From positions 100,481 to 164,480 of the forward strand of contig CAVYGQ010000001.1 in the NCBI GenBank assembly GCA_963768175.1: a stretch of DNA of 64,000 bases, read 5' to 3'. This document shows positions 54,257 through 64,000 of the stretch, piece after piece (positions within the stretch are counted from its first letter, which is position 1; each line of letters begins with the position of its first letter). Source of the DNA: Candidatus Doudnabacteria bacterium. Its GTDB lineage: Bacteria; Patescibacteriota; Doudnabacteria; UBA920. Position numbers and translations under genes: made by a program. The notes under the pieces were generated by a model. It ran no database searches. It was not told the origin of the DNA and was given only the letters and a program-made list of their open reading frames with translations.

Positions 54257-55210
54257 ATGACCAATAAAACCCAGAAAATTATCGCCGTCTCCCTTATTGC
54301 CATTGTGGTTTTTGGCGGTTTTGAGGCGCTGATTTATATTTTAAACCTTAATCAGCCGGTAATATATTTGCAGACGGCTCTGTGGATTTTTTTGTATCTG
54401 CTTTTTAATATTGTATTTTTCTTTGACCTGCATTTTAAAACTCCGGGCAGTTGGCAGAGAGCCAAAACCAAGCATCAAAATTTGGCTAAGGGGTTGGGAC
54501 GTTTTATAAAAACCGTTTTTTCCGCGTTCTGGGACCGCTTTGAGCATTTGCGGGAGCTGGAGTATTTAAAGCGATGGATTTATTTTTTACTGTTGCCCGG
54601 GTTTATTTTTTGGGCGTCGGTTTCTTTGTTTTACTCAAACTTCGGTTTCTATAAAAACCAGCAAATTATTGCCTTGTTTTCCGGTGTCGCTTTGGTGGTC
54701 TATTATTCCTATATAAAAGAAATTTTTAACCGCAAAAAAGAAGTTGTTGATAGCGATATTTTTATTGTTTTGTCGGTGATAAAAATTTATACGGCTGGCG
54801 TGCTGTTCGCGGCCAGCATGGCCATGCTAAGGAGCTATTGCCTGCAGCCTTTATATTTTAGCGCTGAGGTTTTTTGCTATACTTTTTTGCTGATTTATCA
54901 GGCGCTTTACCAGCACCGCAAAGCTAACGGTGCCACAACAGCCCAGGCTTTAATTATTTCTCTGGTCATGGCCGTTATTGGCCAGCTGGTTTATGTTTAT
55001 TGGGGATTTAATTATTTCACCGCGGCTGTGTTTTTAACCGCCTGCTATAATTTTTTCTGGGGCGTTTTCCATTACCACTTGGACAGAGCCTTGACCTGGC
55101 GGGCTTTTTTGGAAATCCTGATCATTAGCCTGATAATGGGAGGCATGGTAATTTCCGTGACCAACTTTAACGCCCGGCTTTTGGATAGCTGCCAGTATAG
55201 GGTGTTTTAA
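54257..55210 (+). CDS. Multi-pass membrane protein
   Basis: About 9 TMs; C-terminus resembles that of 48985-49740. Confidence 0.7.
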   Translation: MTNKTQKIIAVSLIAIVVFGGFEALIYILNLNQPVIYLQTALWIFLYLLFNIVFFFDLHFKTPGSWQRAKTKHQNLAKGLGRFIKTVFSAFWDRFEHLRELEYLKRWIYFLLLPGFIFWASVSLFYSNFGFYKNQQIIALFSGVALVVYYSYIKEIFNRKKEVVDSDIFIVLSVIKIYTAGVLFAASMAMLRSYCLQPLYFSAEVFCYTFLLIYQALYQHRKANGATTAQALIISLVMAVIGQLVYVYWGFNYFTAAVFLTACYNFFWGVFHYHLDRALTWRAFLEILIISLIMGGMVISVTNFNARLLDSCQYRVF

Positions 55211-55229
55211 ACTGATCATTTAAGATTTT

Positions 55230-55258
55230 AAAACCCGTGGGTTTACCGCGGGTTTTTT
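55230..55258. terminator. Bidirectional intrinsic terminator
   Basis: aaaacccgtgg-gttta-ccgcgggtttttt between convergent genes. Confidence 0.75.
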
Positions 55259-55283
55259 GTTAGTTCTTGTTAATTCGTTTATC

Positions 55284-56339
55284 TTATAGCCAATACATAA
55301 ACGCAATAACGACCAAGGAAATTATCAGGACAATAAGATTGTTGAATTTTTTGTCCAAATGCCCAAGTTTTTTTTGCACGTGTTTTTGGATGTCGGAAAG
55401 CATGAGAAAAAGCAAAATAACCCCGGCAAACAAAACCAAATAGCGGTTGGCTTGGTAACCGGCCAGAGCGGAGCTGTTTAAACTGCCAATAACGGGGAGC
55501 GAAGTTTGAAAGGAGGTGGAAGAAGTCGAAGAGGCGGCAGGCTGAGAAGACACGGAAAAATTGCTTTGCGGGTTGTTTTGCGCAAACTCCTGTCCCGCTC
55601 TGGGTAAAACGGGCTGGGCAAGAGGCGAAGGTGTGGCAGGAGCGGGGGAGGGGGTTTGTGATTGCGCAGTCGTGGTTGCTGGTGCCTGTTGCAAGCCTAA
55701 AGTTTGTGGCTTAGGTGCCGGGGAAACCGGTTTGGGCGTGGCGGCAGGAGTGCTTGCGGGTACGGCAGGCGTTTTAGGTTTTGGAACGGGAGCCAGCGTG
55801 CCAAAAGTGTTGTCTATTACGGAATGGTATTGGCCGGCTGCGCTGTTACCAAAAGCAAGCCCCATGCCCTGATCCCGGAAGCCATCGTTTAAAATGTTGG
55901 CGCGGTGTTCCGGGCTGTTCATCCAGGCGTTTATTAAACTGTCGGTGTCGTAAAATTCTATGGCGATATTTTCGCCAAGCTCCAAATAAGGGGTATAGCC
56001 CGCGGCCACGATTTTATCCCAAATGTAATGGCCGTCGGGATCCACATGGGCAAAGTAGTGCCTGGCCTGCATGTCATCGCATTTGCTTTGCGCCGCCCAG
56101 GTCAGTTTGTTGTTGGTGTTTAATGTCGTTAAATCCCTTAGGGAACGTTGCTGGTTTACGGCGTTAAGAATATTGCCTGTGGTTAAATCCGAAGCTTGAG
56201 AAATCCCGTTTTGGGGGATTACCAGGGCAATAAAAACCTTTACGGCTAAAAAGGCAAGCAATAAAAGTCCAAGGGTATTGGGTTTTAGTAATCCTTGGTA
56301 ATTATCCGAATTTTGCTTAGGTAAGGGCTTTTCTGCCAT
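55284..56339 (-). CDS. CAP/SCP domain membrane protein
   Basis: VNQQR, YFAH, GENIA, AWMNSPEHRANIL; Pro/Thr linker; C-terminal TMs. Confidence 0.88.
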   Translation of the reverse strand: MAEKPLPKQNSDNYQGLLKPNTLGLLLLAFLAVKVFIALVIPQNGISQASDLTTGNILNAVNQQRSLRDLTTLNTNNKLTWAAQSKCDDMQARHYFAHVDPDGHYIWDKIVAAGYTPYLELGENIAIEFYDTDSLINAWMNSPEHRANILNDGFRDQGMGLAFGNSAAGQYHSVIDNTFGTLAPVPKPKTPAVPASTPAATPKPVSPAPKPQTLGLQQAPATTTAQSQTPSPAPATPSPLAQPVLPRAGQEFAQNNPQSNFSVSSQPAASSTSSTSFQTSLPVIGSLNSSALAGYQANRYLVLFAGVILLFLMLSDIQKHVQKKLGHLDKKFNNLIVLIISLVVIAFMYWL

Positions 56340-56436
56340 AAAAAGAGGTTATGATATTCCTATTTTACCACGTAATTAACAACTTGACAAATTTTAACTT
56401 TTATGCTAGTATGCTATGTTGATATAAATTCCATAT

Positions 56437-57756
56437 ATGACCCAAGATTCTTCAATCAAAAAATATCCCCATACAACCGCTGAAGTGGCGCAAATGTTAG
56501 GTATGCACCCGACCGGCCAGAATTTGCCCATGGGCAGTTTTGCTGTTTCCGATTTGCCGGTGGCAGACTTGCCGGTGGCCGAGGATGTTGTCTCCGGCCA
56601 AAAGCAGGCGGAGCCGGCAGCTTACGCGCCTGAGTTATCCGAAAATATGGGCAATGAAAAAGCCGCTTTACCTGACGAAAGCGAACTTGAGTCAATTCAG
56701 GAAAGGGCGGCTGACCAGCCTGTTTATGTTAAAGTGGGCAAAGCGCTTTTGCCTTACGCCGCTATTTTTTTGATCGGGATATTCTTGTATTATTTCTTTT
56801 TTACCAAAGTGGATTTTACCACGGTGTTTAAATTTTCTCCCAAAGCCGCCACCCCGCAAATAACGGAAATTCAGAAATTGGAACAACAGGACGCGGCTTC
56901 ATACCAAAGTTGGGTTGCCAGTTACTATTATGATGTCAGCGACCCCAACATTTTAGACCCCGAAGCCGACAATTCCGGCAACGGCTTATCTAATTTTCAA
57001 AAGTACCTTTTGAATTTAAACCCCAAATCTTACGATACTTTGGGCTTGGGGCAAGCCGACAGCCAGAGTATTGCCATGGGCATTAATCCGCTTACAGGCG
57101 GCCCTGAAACGGATGCCCAAAAAGCCATTGTCAGCAAATATATAGACATGGAAGTGGTGATGAACCGCTTGACCTTGTCTAATATGCAAAACCCTCCGGA
57201 AGTGGCCGGAGCCAATACCTCTGACGGCAACTCCGCGGAAAGCCAAAAGTTTTCCATCAGGGGCGGGACGTCCGCAAACCAGATTAACAGCAGCCAGGTG
57301 GACATTAATACCGGCGTGCCCGGTCTTTTGGAAATTCCCGATTTAAAAATAAAGGTCCCGATTATTTGGAGCACGGATCCTAAAAATTTCGACAATGATT
57401 TACAAATTGGCGTAGTCCATTATCCGAGCACGGCTTTGCCCGGGGAAATCGGCACCGCATACATAGCCGGCCACAGCAGCAATTATGTTTGGGCCAAAGG
57501 CAGTTATAACCAGATTTTTTCCAAGTTAGGGGATTTGGCCCTTAATACCTCGTTCAAAATTACGGTTACGCAACAAAGCGGCAAAACCGCGGTGCTTGAT
57601 TATGTTGTCACCAAAATCCAGCAATACAGCCCCACCGATCAGGCGCAATTTGAGAGCTCGGATAAATCCGTTGTCGCCCTTTCCACCTGCTGGCCGGTTG
57701 GCAGCACGGCAAAAAGATTGGTTGTGTTTGGACAGCTGACGCAAGTAGTAAAATAA
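56437..57756 (+). CDS. Sortase family protein
   Basis: LEIPDLKIKVPI, GVVHYP, IAGHSS, LSTCWP, KRLVV (His/Cys/Arg triad). Confidence 0.88.
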   Translation: MTQDSSIKKYPHTTAEVAQMLGMHPTGQNLPMGSFAVSDLPVADLPVAEDVVSGQKQAEPAAYAPELSENMGNEKAALPDESELESIQERAADQPVYVKVGKALLPYAAIFLIGIFLYYFFFTKVDFTTVFKFSPKAATPQITEIQKLEQQDAASYQSWVASYYYDVSDPNILDPEADNSGNGLSNFQKYLLNLNPKSYDTLGLGQADSQSIAMGINPLTGGPETDAQKAIVSKYIDMEVVMNRLTLSNMQNPPEVAGANTSDGNSAESQKFSIRGGTSANQINSSQVDINTGVPGLLEIPDLKIKVPIIWSTDPKNFDNDLQIGVVHYPSTALPGEIGTAYIAGHSSNYVWAKGSYNQIFSKLGDLALNTSFKITVTQQSGKTAVLDYVVTKIQQYSPTDQAQFESSDKSVVALSTCWPVGSTAKRLVVFGQLTQVVK

Positions 57757-57913
57757 TCTTAAATTTTACTGAGTAGACAGTGCCTATCATCGCAGTAATT
57801 TACGATGGTAGGCGTTACTCTACTCGGGCTTCGGCCGCGAGTTGCATCCCGATTTGTAAATCGGGGTGAAGTTCGGCCGATGTGCCGAGATTACAGTTCG
57901 GATCGGAGGATCC

Positions 57914-58702
57914 ATGAAAATCGCTCGTTTGAATGTAGGCCAGATTTTGGCTGTGACTATGGCAGTGCTTTTGGCACTCGCCGGCGTCCAGCCCGTTGTC
58001 GCTGCCGAACCGGCCGCGGCTTCTGATCCGGCAACCCTGACTAGGGAACGGGTCAACAAGGTCGGCCGCGGACGTTACGTAGCGGCTGATGATTTCCGGG
58101 TTAACTCGACCATAAGTTTCTCGCAGCCGGACTACAAGTTCGAGAGCCGGCTGCCGCAGGGCTTCGGTCGCGCTACCGCTAAGCATCTGGGCGTCGCTGG
58201 GAAGAGGTTCTGGAATGAGTATCCTGGCATCGGTGCGGCGCTAGTCGTAATGGCACCGGAAACGGTCCTCATTTACGACACGGTCTCCCGTGTTGCGCTG
58301 TATGTAACCGGTTGCCATCGGGAAGGGAAGAAAGGCGGACTCAACCGTATTAAGGAAGAGAATCCTCCACAACCCGAACTAACTTCCGTACCTTCTGTGG
58401 TTCCTCCCACAGAACTGAAAGGAGAACTGAAGGGTTCGCAGCCGACCCCAACTCCTACGCCTACACCGGTGCCAACGCCGATGTTGCGTGTCGACCACAA
58501 CACGACGAACGTGCACGTTGATAACAGCACGCGCATCGTCAACGTGACCGAACACAAGGCGAAATGCGGCCGAGGCTGCAAGGTAGCGATATTCATCGCC
58601 ATCGGCGCGGCCGGAGCTGCCGGAGCTGCTCTCGCGATCGGGCACAAAGGTGGCACTACCACTTGTGCCTCCTGCACAGGAGGCCCAGGACCCAGGCCAT
58701 AA
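57914..58702 (+). CDS. Secreted/membrane hypothetical protein, high GC, PT repeats
   Basis: ggagg SD, signal peptide, PTPTPTPTP, C-terminal TM with Cys pairs; hairpin at 58724-58750. Confidence 0.6.
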   Translation: MKIARLNVGQILAVTMAVLLALAGVQPVVAAEPAAASDPATLTRERVNKVGRGRYVAADDFRVNSTISFSQPDYKFESRLPQGFGRATAKHLGVAGKRFWNEYPGIGAALVVMAPETVLIYDTVSRVALYVTGCHREGKKGGLNRIKEENPPQPELTSVPSVVPPTELKGELKGSQPTPTPTPTPVPTPMLRVDHNTTNVHVDNSTRIVNVTEHKAKCGRGCKVAIFIAIGAAGAAGAALAIGHKGGTTTCASCTGGPGPRP

Positions 58703-58919
58703 GGACCCAACGAGCACACTGGAAGGGGGTCGTCGCTTGCGACTACCCCCTCATCCTCTCCTCAATTTTTATATACTTTCAACTTTTTCGCTTATTTAAA
58801 AGGTAAATTATTTGGCTTAGGTCTTGACAAAACGTCAATTTGATACTATAATGTGAAGTTATTAAAATTAATCATGGATTTAAGTTTGAGATAGTTTAAT
58901 AACATTTTAAGTAAATGAT

Positions 58920-61900
58920 ATGAGCATCAAAACATTCTCTAAATTTAGTATGGGCTTAAAGGTCATCGCTATTTTAGGTATTACCTCTATGGCTGTTTTG
59001 GCGTTAGTCCCTAGGGAGGCTGGCGTTTTGCTGGCAGATAATAATGCTAATTGCACTACTTCCACCACGCCGACGTTTAACCCGTATCCGGTTTCAAATA
59101 ATCCCGGTAACTGTCAGGACTACCCGTTCATCGCTTCCAAAGTAATACACAGCGATGGTTCGCAAACCGGTTTTAGTACTGGTTCAATACAAGCCCAACC
59201 CGGTGATAAAGTTGAAGTCCAATTATACATAGATAACGGAGCCGCTTTAGGTTCTCCTGCTCTAACAAATATTCAATTAACAACCAGTGCCGTTCTAAGC
59301 GCAGGTTCTTCCCATTCCGTTTCGGCTTCCGTTACAGCCAGCAATGCCAATAACTCTTTAAGCGGTAGCTTAAACATTTTAACCCCAAACAGTTCCACTT
59401 TGCAGGTTGATCCTTTAACCGGGCAATGGTACCAGCAAACTACCTCCATGGGCAATTTGGGCAATATTGTTAACACTACGACCCATTTGCCCGACCAGGC
59501 CGCTTGTTTCCCTTATGTCCGATTTATTAATATGGTTTTTGATGTTGTCGGGCAACAGGTAACCCAATCCGTTACCTTAACCGCCACGCCAAACCCTGTT
59601 TGTATTGGAGCTTTAACTACCTATTCAATAACTTCTACTGTAAATGGCCCGATTGTTTGGACCTCAACTTTTAACGGCCAACCGACCGGTGAGAACAATT
59701 CTTATCCCGGACAGAATTTAACCCCGCAAAACGGAGTGTATGTTTGGAGCGCCGTGGGTGATTATTGGGGCGATCATTTCCACAGCGGCAATCCCTTGGC
59801 CGATGTCGGTACTTGGACTAAAACGGCGACCATTAATGGCGTGCAGAGCAATACCGTAACTTTTCAGGTTAAGGATTGTACGCCCCCCGTACAAAAATCC
59901 GCCAGCATCACCGCCACTTTAGGCAGCGCCAATAAAGCTCAGTGTTTATATAACGGCAATGTGACTTGGCAGAGCAGTGGTTATGATGCCGTGGCGGTTT
60001 ACGTCCAATCGGTTGGCGCCAACGACTATTCGCTGGTGGCTGCCAACCTTCAGGGCAGTACCAATATTCCCTGGTTCATTCCGGGCAGAAATTACGAGTT
60101 TACCCTTTGGACGGTCAGTGTTTCCAACGGCGTATACACCAAAGTAAGCCAGATTGCCGATCCGGCGATTGTCAACGTGCCTGCTTTGGATTGTACCGTG
60201 CCGGTGACTTTAACCTGCAGTGCTTCTCCTATTTTAGCCAATATCAACGATCCAGTAACTTTTGGTGCTTTAGGCGGTTCCGGTCCATACTCTTGGACTA
60301 ATGGCGAAAATCCCGCCACTGGTAGTGGCCAGAGTTTTACCACCAGTTTTTCTTCAGCCGGTAACAAAACCGTGACTGTCCACAGCCAAGACGGCCAGAT
60401 TGCCTATTGCAGTGTGACTATAAAACAGCCGGTTCAGAAACCCGCGACTTTAAATTGTGCTACCCCGACCATCCAAGCCAATATTGATGATACCGTAACC
60501 TTTGGTGCTAATGGCGGCACCGCTCCTTATTCCTGGAGTAATGGTGGCAATCCTTCCAACGGTAGCGGCCAGAATTTTTCTACCAAGTTTTCTTCTTCCG
60601 GCAACAAAACGGTTACCGTCTCTAGTTCCGACGGTCAGACTGCCTATTGCAGTGTGACTATAAATCCGCCCCCCGTAAACAAATCCGCCAGCATCACCGC
60701 CACTTTAGGCAGCGCCAATAAAGCTCAGTGTTTATATAACGGCAATGTGACTTGGCAGAGCAGTGGTTATGATGCCGTGGCGGTTTACGTCCAATCGGTT
60801 GGCGCCAACGACTATTCGCTGGTGGCTGCCAACCTTCAGGGCAGTACCAATATTCCCTGGTTCATTCCGGGCAGAAATTACGAGTTTACCCTTTGGACGG
60901 TCAGTGTTTCCAACGGCGTATACACCAAAGTAAGCCAGATTGCCGATCCGGCGATTGTCAACGTGCCTGCTTTGGATTGTACCGTGCCGGTGACTTTAAC
61001 CTGCAGTGCTTCCCCTAATCCGGTTGACATTAACAATCCGGTTATCTTTACCGCCACTGGCGGCGCCGCTCCTTATAATTGGAGTAACGGCGGCTATCCT
61101 TCCACCGGCAGCGGCCAGAGCTTTTCCACTACTTATTCCACAGCCGGCACCAAGACAGCTACGGTTTCCAGTTCCGACGGCCAGACCGCTAACTGCAGCG
61201 TGGTTGTCAAGCCGACAGTACAGCAAAATGCCCAGTTAACTTTGACTAAACAGGTCAAGAATCTGGGTCCCAGCCAGACCACCCTTTATGATAAAAGCGT
61301 GCTGGCCGAGCAAGGCGATGCCGTCCGCTATCTAATAACCGTAACCAATATCAGCTCCGTAACCGCCAACAATGTTTCAGTGACGGATACTCAAGGATCA
61401 AGTGCCGGTAATGTTACGACTTCCGGGTCAAACGGCAGTGCTGTTCCAATTTCTGGCAGCTTACAAAACGGTTTAAACTTCGGCTCTTTAGCCGCCGGAA
61501 GTTCGGTTTATATTACCTATACTTTACCGGTAAATGTCAACAGCGGCAGCATTGACAATACGGCAACGGTCAGCGCTTCCAATGCCAACAGTGCCAGCGA
61601 TTCGGCCGTTGTTACTATTACAGCAATTCCTATTTGCCAGGCCGACAGCAATTTTGCCTTAAACGCTTCTACTCCGGTCAAAAACGGCTCAAGCTATTCG
61701 GTTACTTTAACTTGGTCTTCCACAGGGAATAATCAAATTAAAATCACCCAAATTAATCCGGGCGCCGGTTATGAAAATACTATAGCCATCGGCAGTTCGA
61801 GTGGCAGTCAAACTATTAACGGCCTACTTCCGGGCAGCACTTACATCTTTAAGATGTATGATGTTTCTTGCAGCCAATTTTTAACCTCCGTCCAGGTTGT

Positions 61901-63338
61901 TACTCCTTCTAATCCGGGTCAGCTGACTTGTTCTGTTCAAAGTTCAACCATCAATTCGGGCTCTGCGGCTAACTTTACCGCCCAGGGCGGCATGGCTCCT
62001 TATAACTGGAGCGGTGATGGCAGTCCGTCAAGCGGAAGCGGTTCTTCTTATAATCCGGTTTACACCAACACTACTACGTCTTCCATAAATCACAGTGTTT
62101 CGGTTACAAGTTCCGACGGCCAGACCGCTAACTGCAGCGTGGTTGTTAACGGCCAGCAGCAAAATAACGGTAACATCAATAATAATTGCGTCAACAATTC
62201 CTGCAACGACACGACTAATAATACGGATAACTCTGTCAATAACAGCAATAATCCAATCACAACCAACACCGACAATTCCATTAATAATAGCTATAATAAC
62301 ACCAGCTCAATAAATGACAGCTACAACAATTATACCTATAACAACACGGTATATATTAGCAGCAACGGCAATGTGGTGCCGGCTAATCAGTTCAGCCAGC
62401 TCTCTATAACCAAAAGCGTCAGGGATGTTTATAACAATTATAACAGTTACAACAACTATTATAACGGAAGCTTCAGCAACAGCGTCAGCGCCAATAACGG
62501 CGATACCGTGCAGTTCCAAATTGTGGTCAGTAACAGCGGCTCGGCGACCGCCAACAACGTGCGCGTTACCGACATCCTGCCTTCGGGATTGAATTTGGTT
62601 TACGGCAGCGTAACGGTTAACGGGAGCCAGGCTTCCGACAACAATCTTTCCAACGGCATGTATTTGGGCAGCTTAAGCTCCAGCCAGTCGGAAACCATAA
62701 CCTTTTCGGCTACGGTTTCGGGATACGGCTCTTCCAGTAGCATCCAAAATACGGCTACAGCCAGTTCAGATAATGCCGGTTCGGTTCAGGCCAGCGCTTG
62801 GGTATTTGTTAACGGCAACGGCAATGTTTTGGGCGGCAACGTTAATTTAACCTACAGCAAGAGCGCGCTTAACAACACCAAAAATCAAGACGCCACCGCG
62901 GTAGCCGCATCCAGGGAAGACTTTATTACCTACACTTTGACCGCTTCCAACAGCGGCAACACGCCAGCTACCAATTTCATTATTACCGATGATTTATCCC
63001 AGGTTTTGCCTTATGCCGACATGACAGACTTCGGCGGCGGCAGCCTAAACGGCAATGTGATTACTTTCCCCGGGATAACCGTGCCGGCCAACGGTAGCGT
63101 CACCAGGAGCTTTGAGGTTAGGGTTAAGTATTCGCTCTCTAGTAATTTAAGCTATGTTATGACTAACACTTACGGCAATACCGTGACCATTAGGATTAAC
63201 ACCCCGCAAGTCTTAGGCGCCTTTACCGCTCCCAAGACCGGCGCGGACACCAATGCCTTTGTCTTTGCCGGAATCTTAACGTCCGGACTTGCGATCTACA
63301 AAAAGAAAAATTTGCTGATGAAATTGATATTTAATTAA
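58920..63338 (+). CDS. Large surface protein with Ig/PKD-like and DUF11-like repeats and an LPXTG-like sorting signal
   Basis: Signal peptide; GDAVRYLITVTN/GDTVQFQIVVSN repeats; APKTG plus hydrophobic stretch plus KKK; ttgaca-17-tataat at 58824. Confidence 0.85.
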   Translation: MSIKTFSKFSMGLKVIAILGITSMAVLALVPREAGVLLADNNANCTTSTTPTFNPYPVSNNPGNCQDYPFIASKVIHSDGSQTGFSTGSIQAQPGDKVEVQLYIDNGAALGSPALTNIQLTTSAVLSAGSSHSVSASVTASNANNSLSGSLNILTPNSSTLQVDPLTGQWYQQTTSMGNLGNIVNTTTHLPDQAACFPYVRFINMVFDVVGQQVTQSVTLTATPNPVCIGALTTYSITSTVNGPIVWTSTFNGQPTGENNSYPGQNLTPQNGVYVWSAVGDYWGDHFHSGNPLADVGTWTKTATINGVQSNTVTFQVKDCTPPVQKSASITATLGSANKAQCLYNGNVTWQSSGYDAVAVYVQSVGANDYSLVAANLQGSTNIPWFIPGRNYEFTLWTVSVSNGVYTKVSQIADPAIVNVPALDCTVPVTLTCSASPILANINDPVTFGALGGSGPYSWTNGENPATGSGQSFTTSFSSAGNKTVTVHSQDGQIAYCSVTIKQPVQKPATLNCATPTIQANIDDTVTFGANGGTAPYSWSNGGNPSNGSGQNFSTKFSSSGNKTVTVSSSDGQTAYCSVTINPPPVNKSASITATLGSANKAQCLYNGNVTWQSSGYDAVAVYVQSVGANDYSLVAANLQGSTNIPWFIPGRNYEFTLWTVSVSNGVYTKVSQIADPAIVNVPALDCTVPVTLTCSASPNPVDINNPVIFTATGGAAPYNWSNGGYPSTGSGQSFSTTYSTAGTKTATVSSSDGQTANCSVVVKPTVQQNAQLTLTKQVKNLGPSQTTLYDKSVLAEQGDAVRYLITVTNISSVTANNVSVTDTQGSSAGNVTTSGSNGSAVPISGSLQNGLNFGSLAAGSSVYITYTLPVNVNSGSIDNTATVSASNANSASDSAVVTITAIPICQADSNFALNASTPVKNGSSYSVTLTWSSTGNNQIKITQINPGAGYENTIAIGSSSGSQTINGLLPGSTYIFKMYDVSCSQFLTSVQVVTPSNPGQLTCSVQSSTINSGSAANFTAQGGMAPYNWSGDGSPSSGSGSSYNPVYTNTTTSSINHSVSVTSSDGQTANCSVVVNGQQQNNGNINNNCVNNSCNDTTNNTDNSVNNSNNPITTNTDNSINNSYNNTSSINDSYNNYTYNNTVYISSNGNVVPANQFSQLSITKSVRDVYNNYNSYNNYYNGSFSNSVSANNGDTVQFQIVVSNSGSATANNVRVTDILPSGLNLVYGSVTVNGSQASDNNLSNGMYLGSLSSSQSETITFSATVSGYGSSSSIQNTATASSDNAGSVQASAWVFVNGNGNVLGGNVNLTYSKSALNNTKNQDATAVAASREDFITYTLTASNSGNTPATNFIITDDLSQVLPYADMTDFGGGSLNGNVITFPGITVPANGSVTRSFEVRVKYSLSSNLSYVMTNTYGNTVTIRINTPQVLGAFTAPKTGADTNAFVFAGILTSGLAIYKKKNLLMKLIFN
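59895..61012 (+). repeat. 332-bp exact direct repeat (59895-60226 = 60681-61012)
   Basis: Identical by inspection, offset 786 bp, in frame. Confidence 0.9.
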
Positions 63339-63564
63339 GACGCGAATTTTGCGCGTAAGTAGGGGCGGCCATTGGCCGCCCCTAACTTTGTTTTACTGAT
63401 TATTTCGGGCAGGAATTACATTGTTTGTGGATATGTTACAATAGCTTAGAGTTTTAGCCGTATTTAAGACTACTTGCAATAAAGGATAAAAGTGCTATTA
63501 TAAATTAAACGGCGTAATAATAAACAAAAACAAACAGCCCAAAAGAGCTGTTTTATTTGTAATA

Positions 63565-64000
<436 letters not shown>

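Noticed and set aside
59895-61012. DGR template/variable repeat pair (four-helix bundle resembles Avd)
   Set aside because: Copies are identical with no adenine-specific mismatches, both lie in the ORF, and no reverse transcriptase is in the window.

Overview
Core-genome segment of a small-genome bacterium. Gene content (gpmI, recJ, mreB, mraZ-rsmH-ftsL-ftsI, rplJL, lexA, scpAB, aspS, lgt, rfbCBDA, sortase) and mostly SD-less starts point to a Patescibacteria/CPR organism (inference); standard code, since TGA is used as stop. Accessory DNA is a serine-recombinase island plus an IS3-bearing segment at tRNA-Gln, and a GIY-YIG cassette in the 5' end of tRNA-Glu. The most unusual feature is a dense set of miniature inverted-repeat elements. 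(i) A GxxExxY nuclease gene is bracketed by ~45-bp inverted repeats that recur twice as empty ~100-bp copies, an autonomous/non-autonomous pattern; a four-helix-bundle gene has similar flanks. (ii) About 15 hairpins built from inverted 6-9-mer tandem repeats sit at gene junctions. (iii) REP-like palindromes are inserted in frame in recJ, dinB, dusB, aspS, ybaK, ROK and trmH. Also notable: the island's att core lies inside the recombinase ORF, so excision would swap its C-terminus; two ~370-nt promoter-to-terminator structured RNAs share motifs; and a Phd/YefM-like domain is fused to GalE. All calls come from reading the sequence; no database searches or folding were run.
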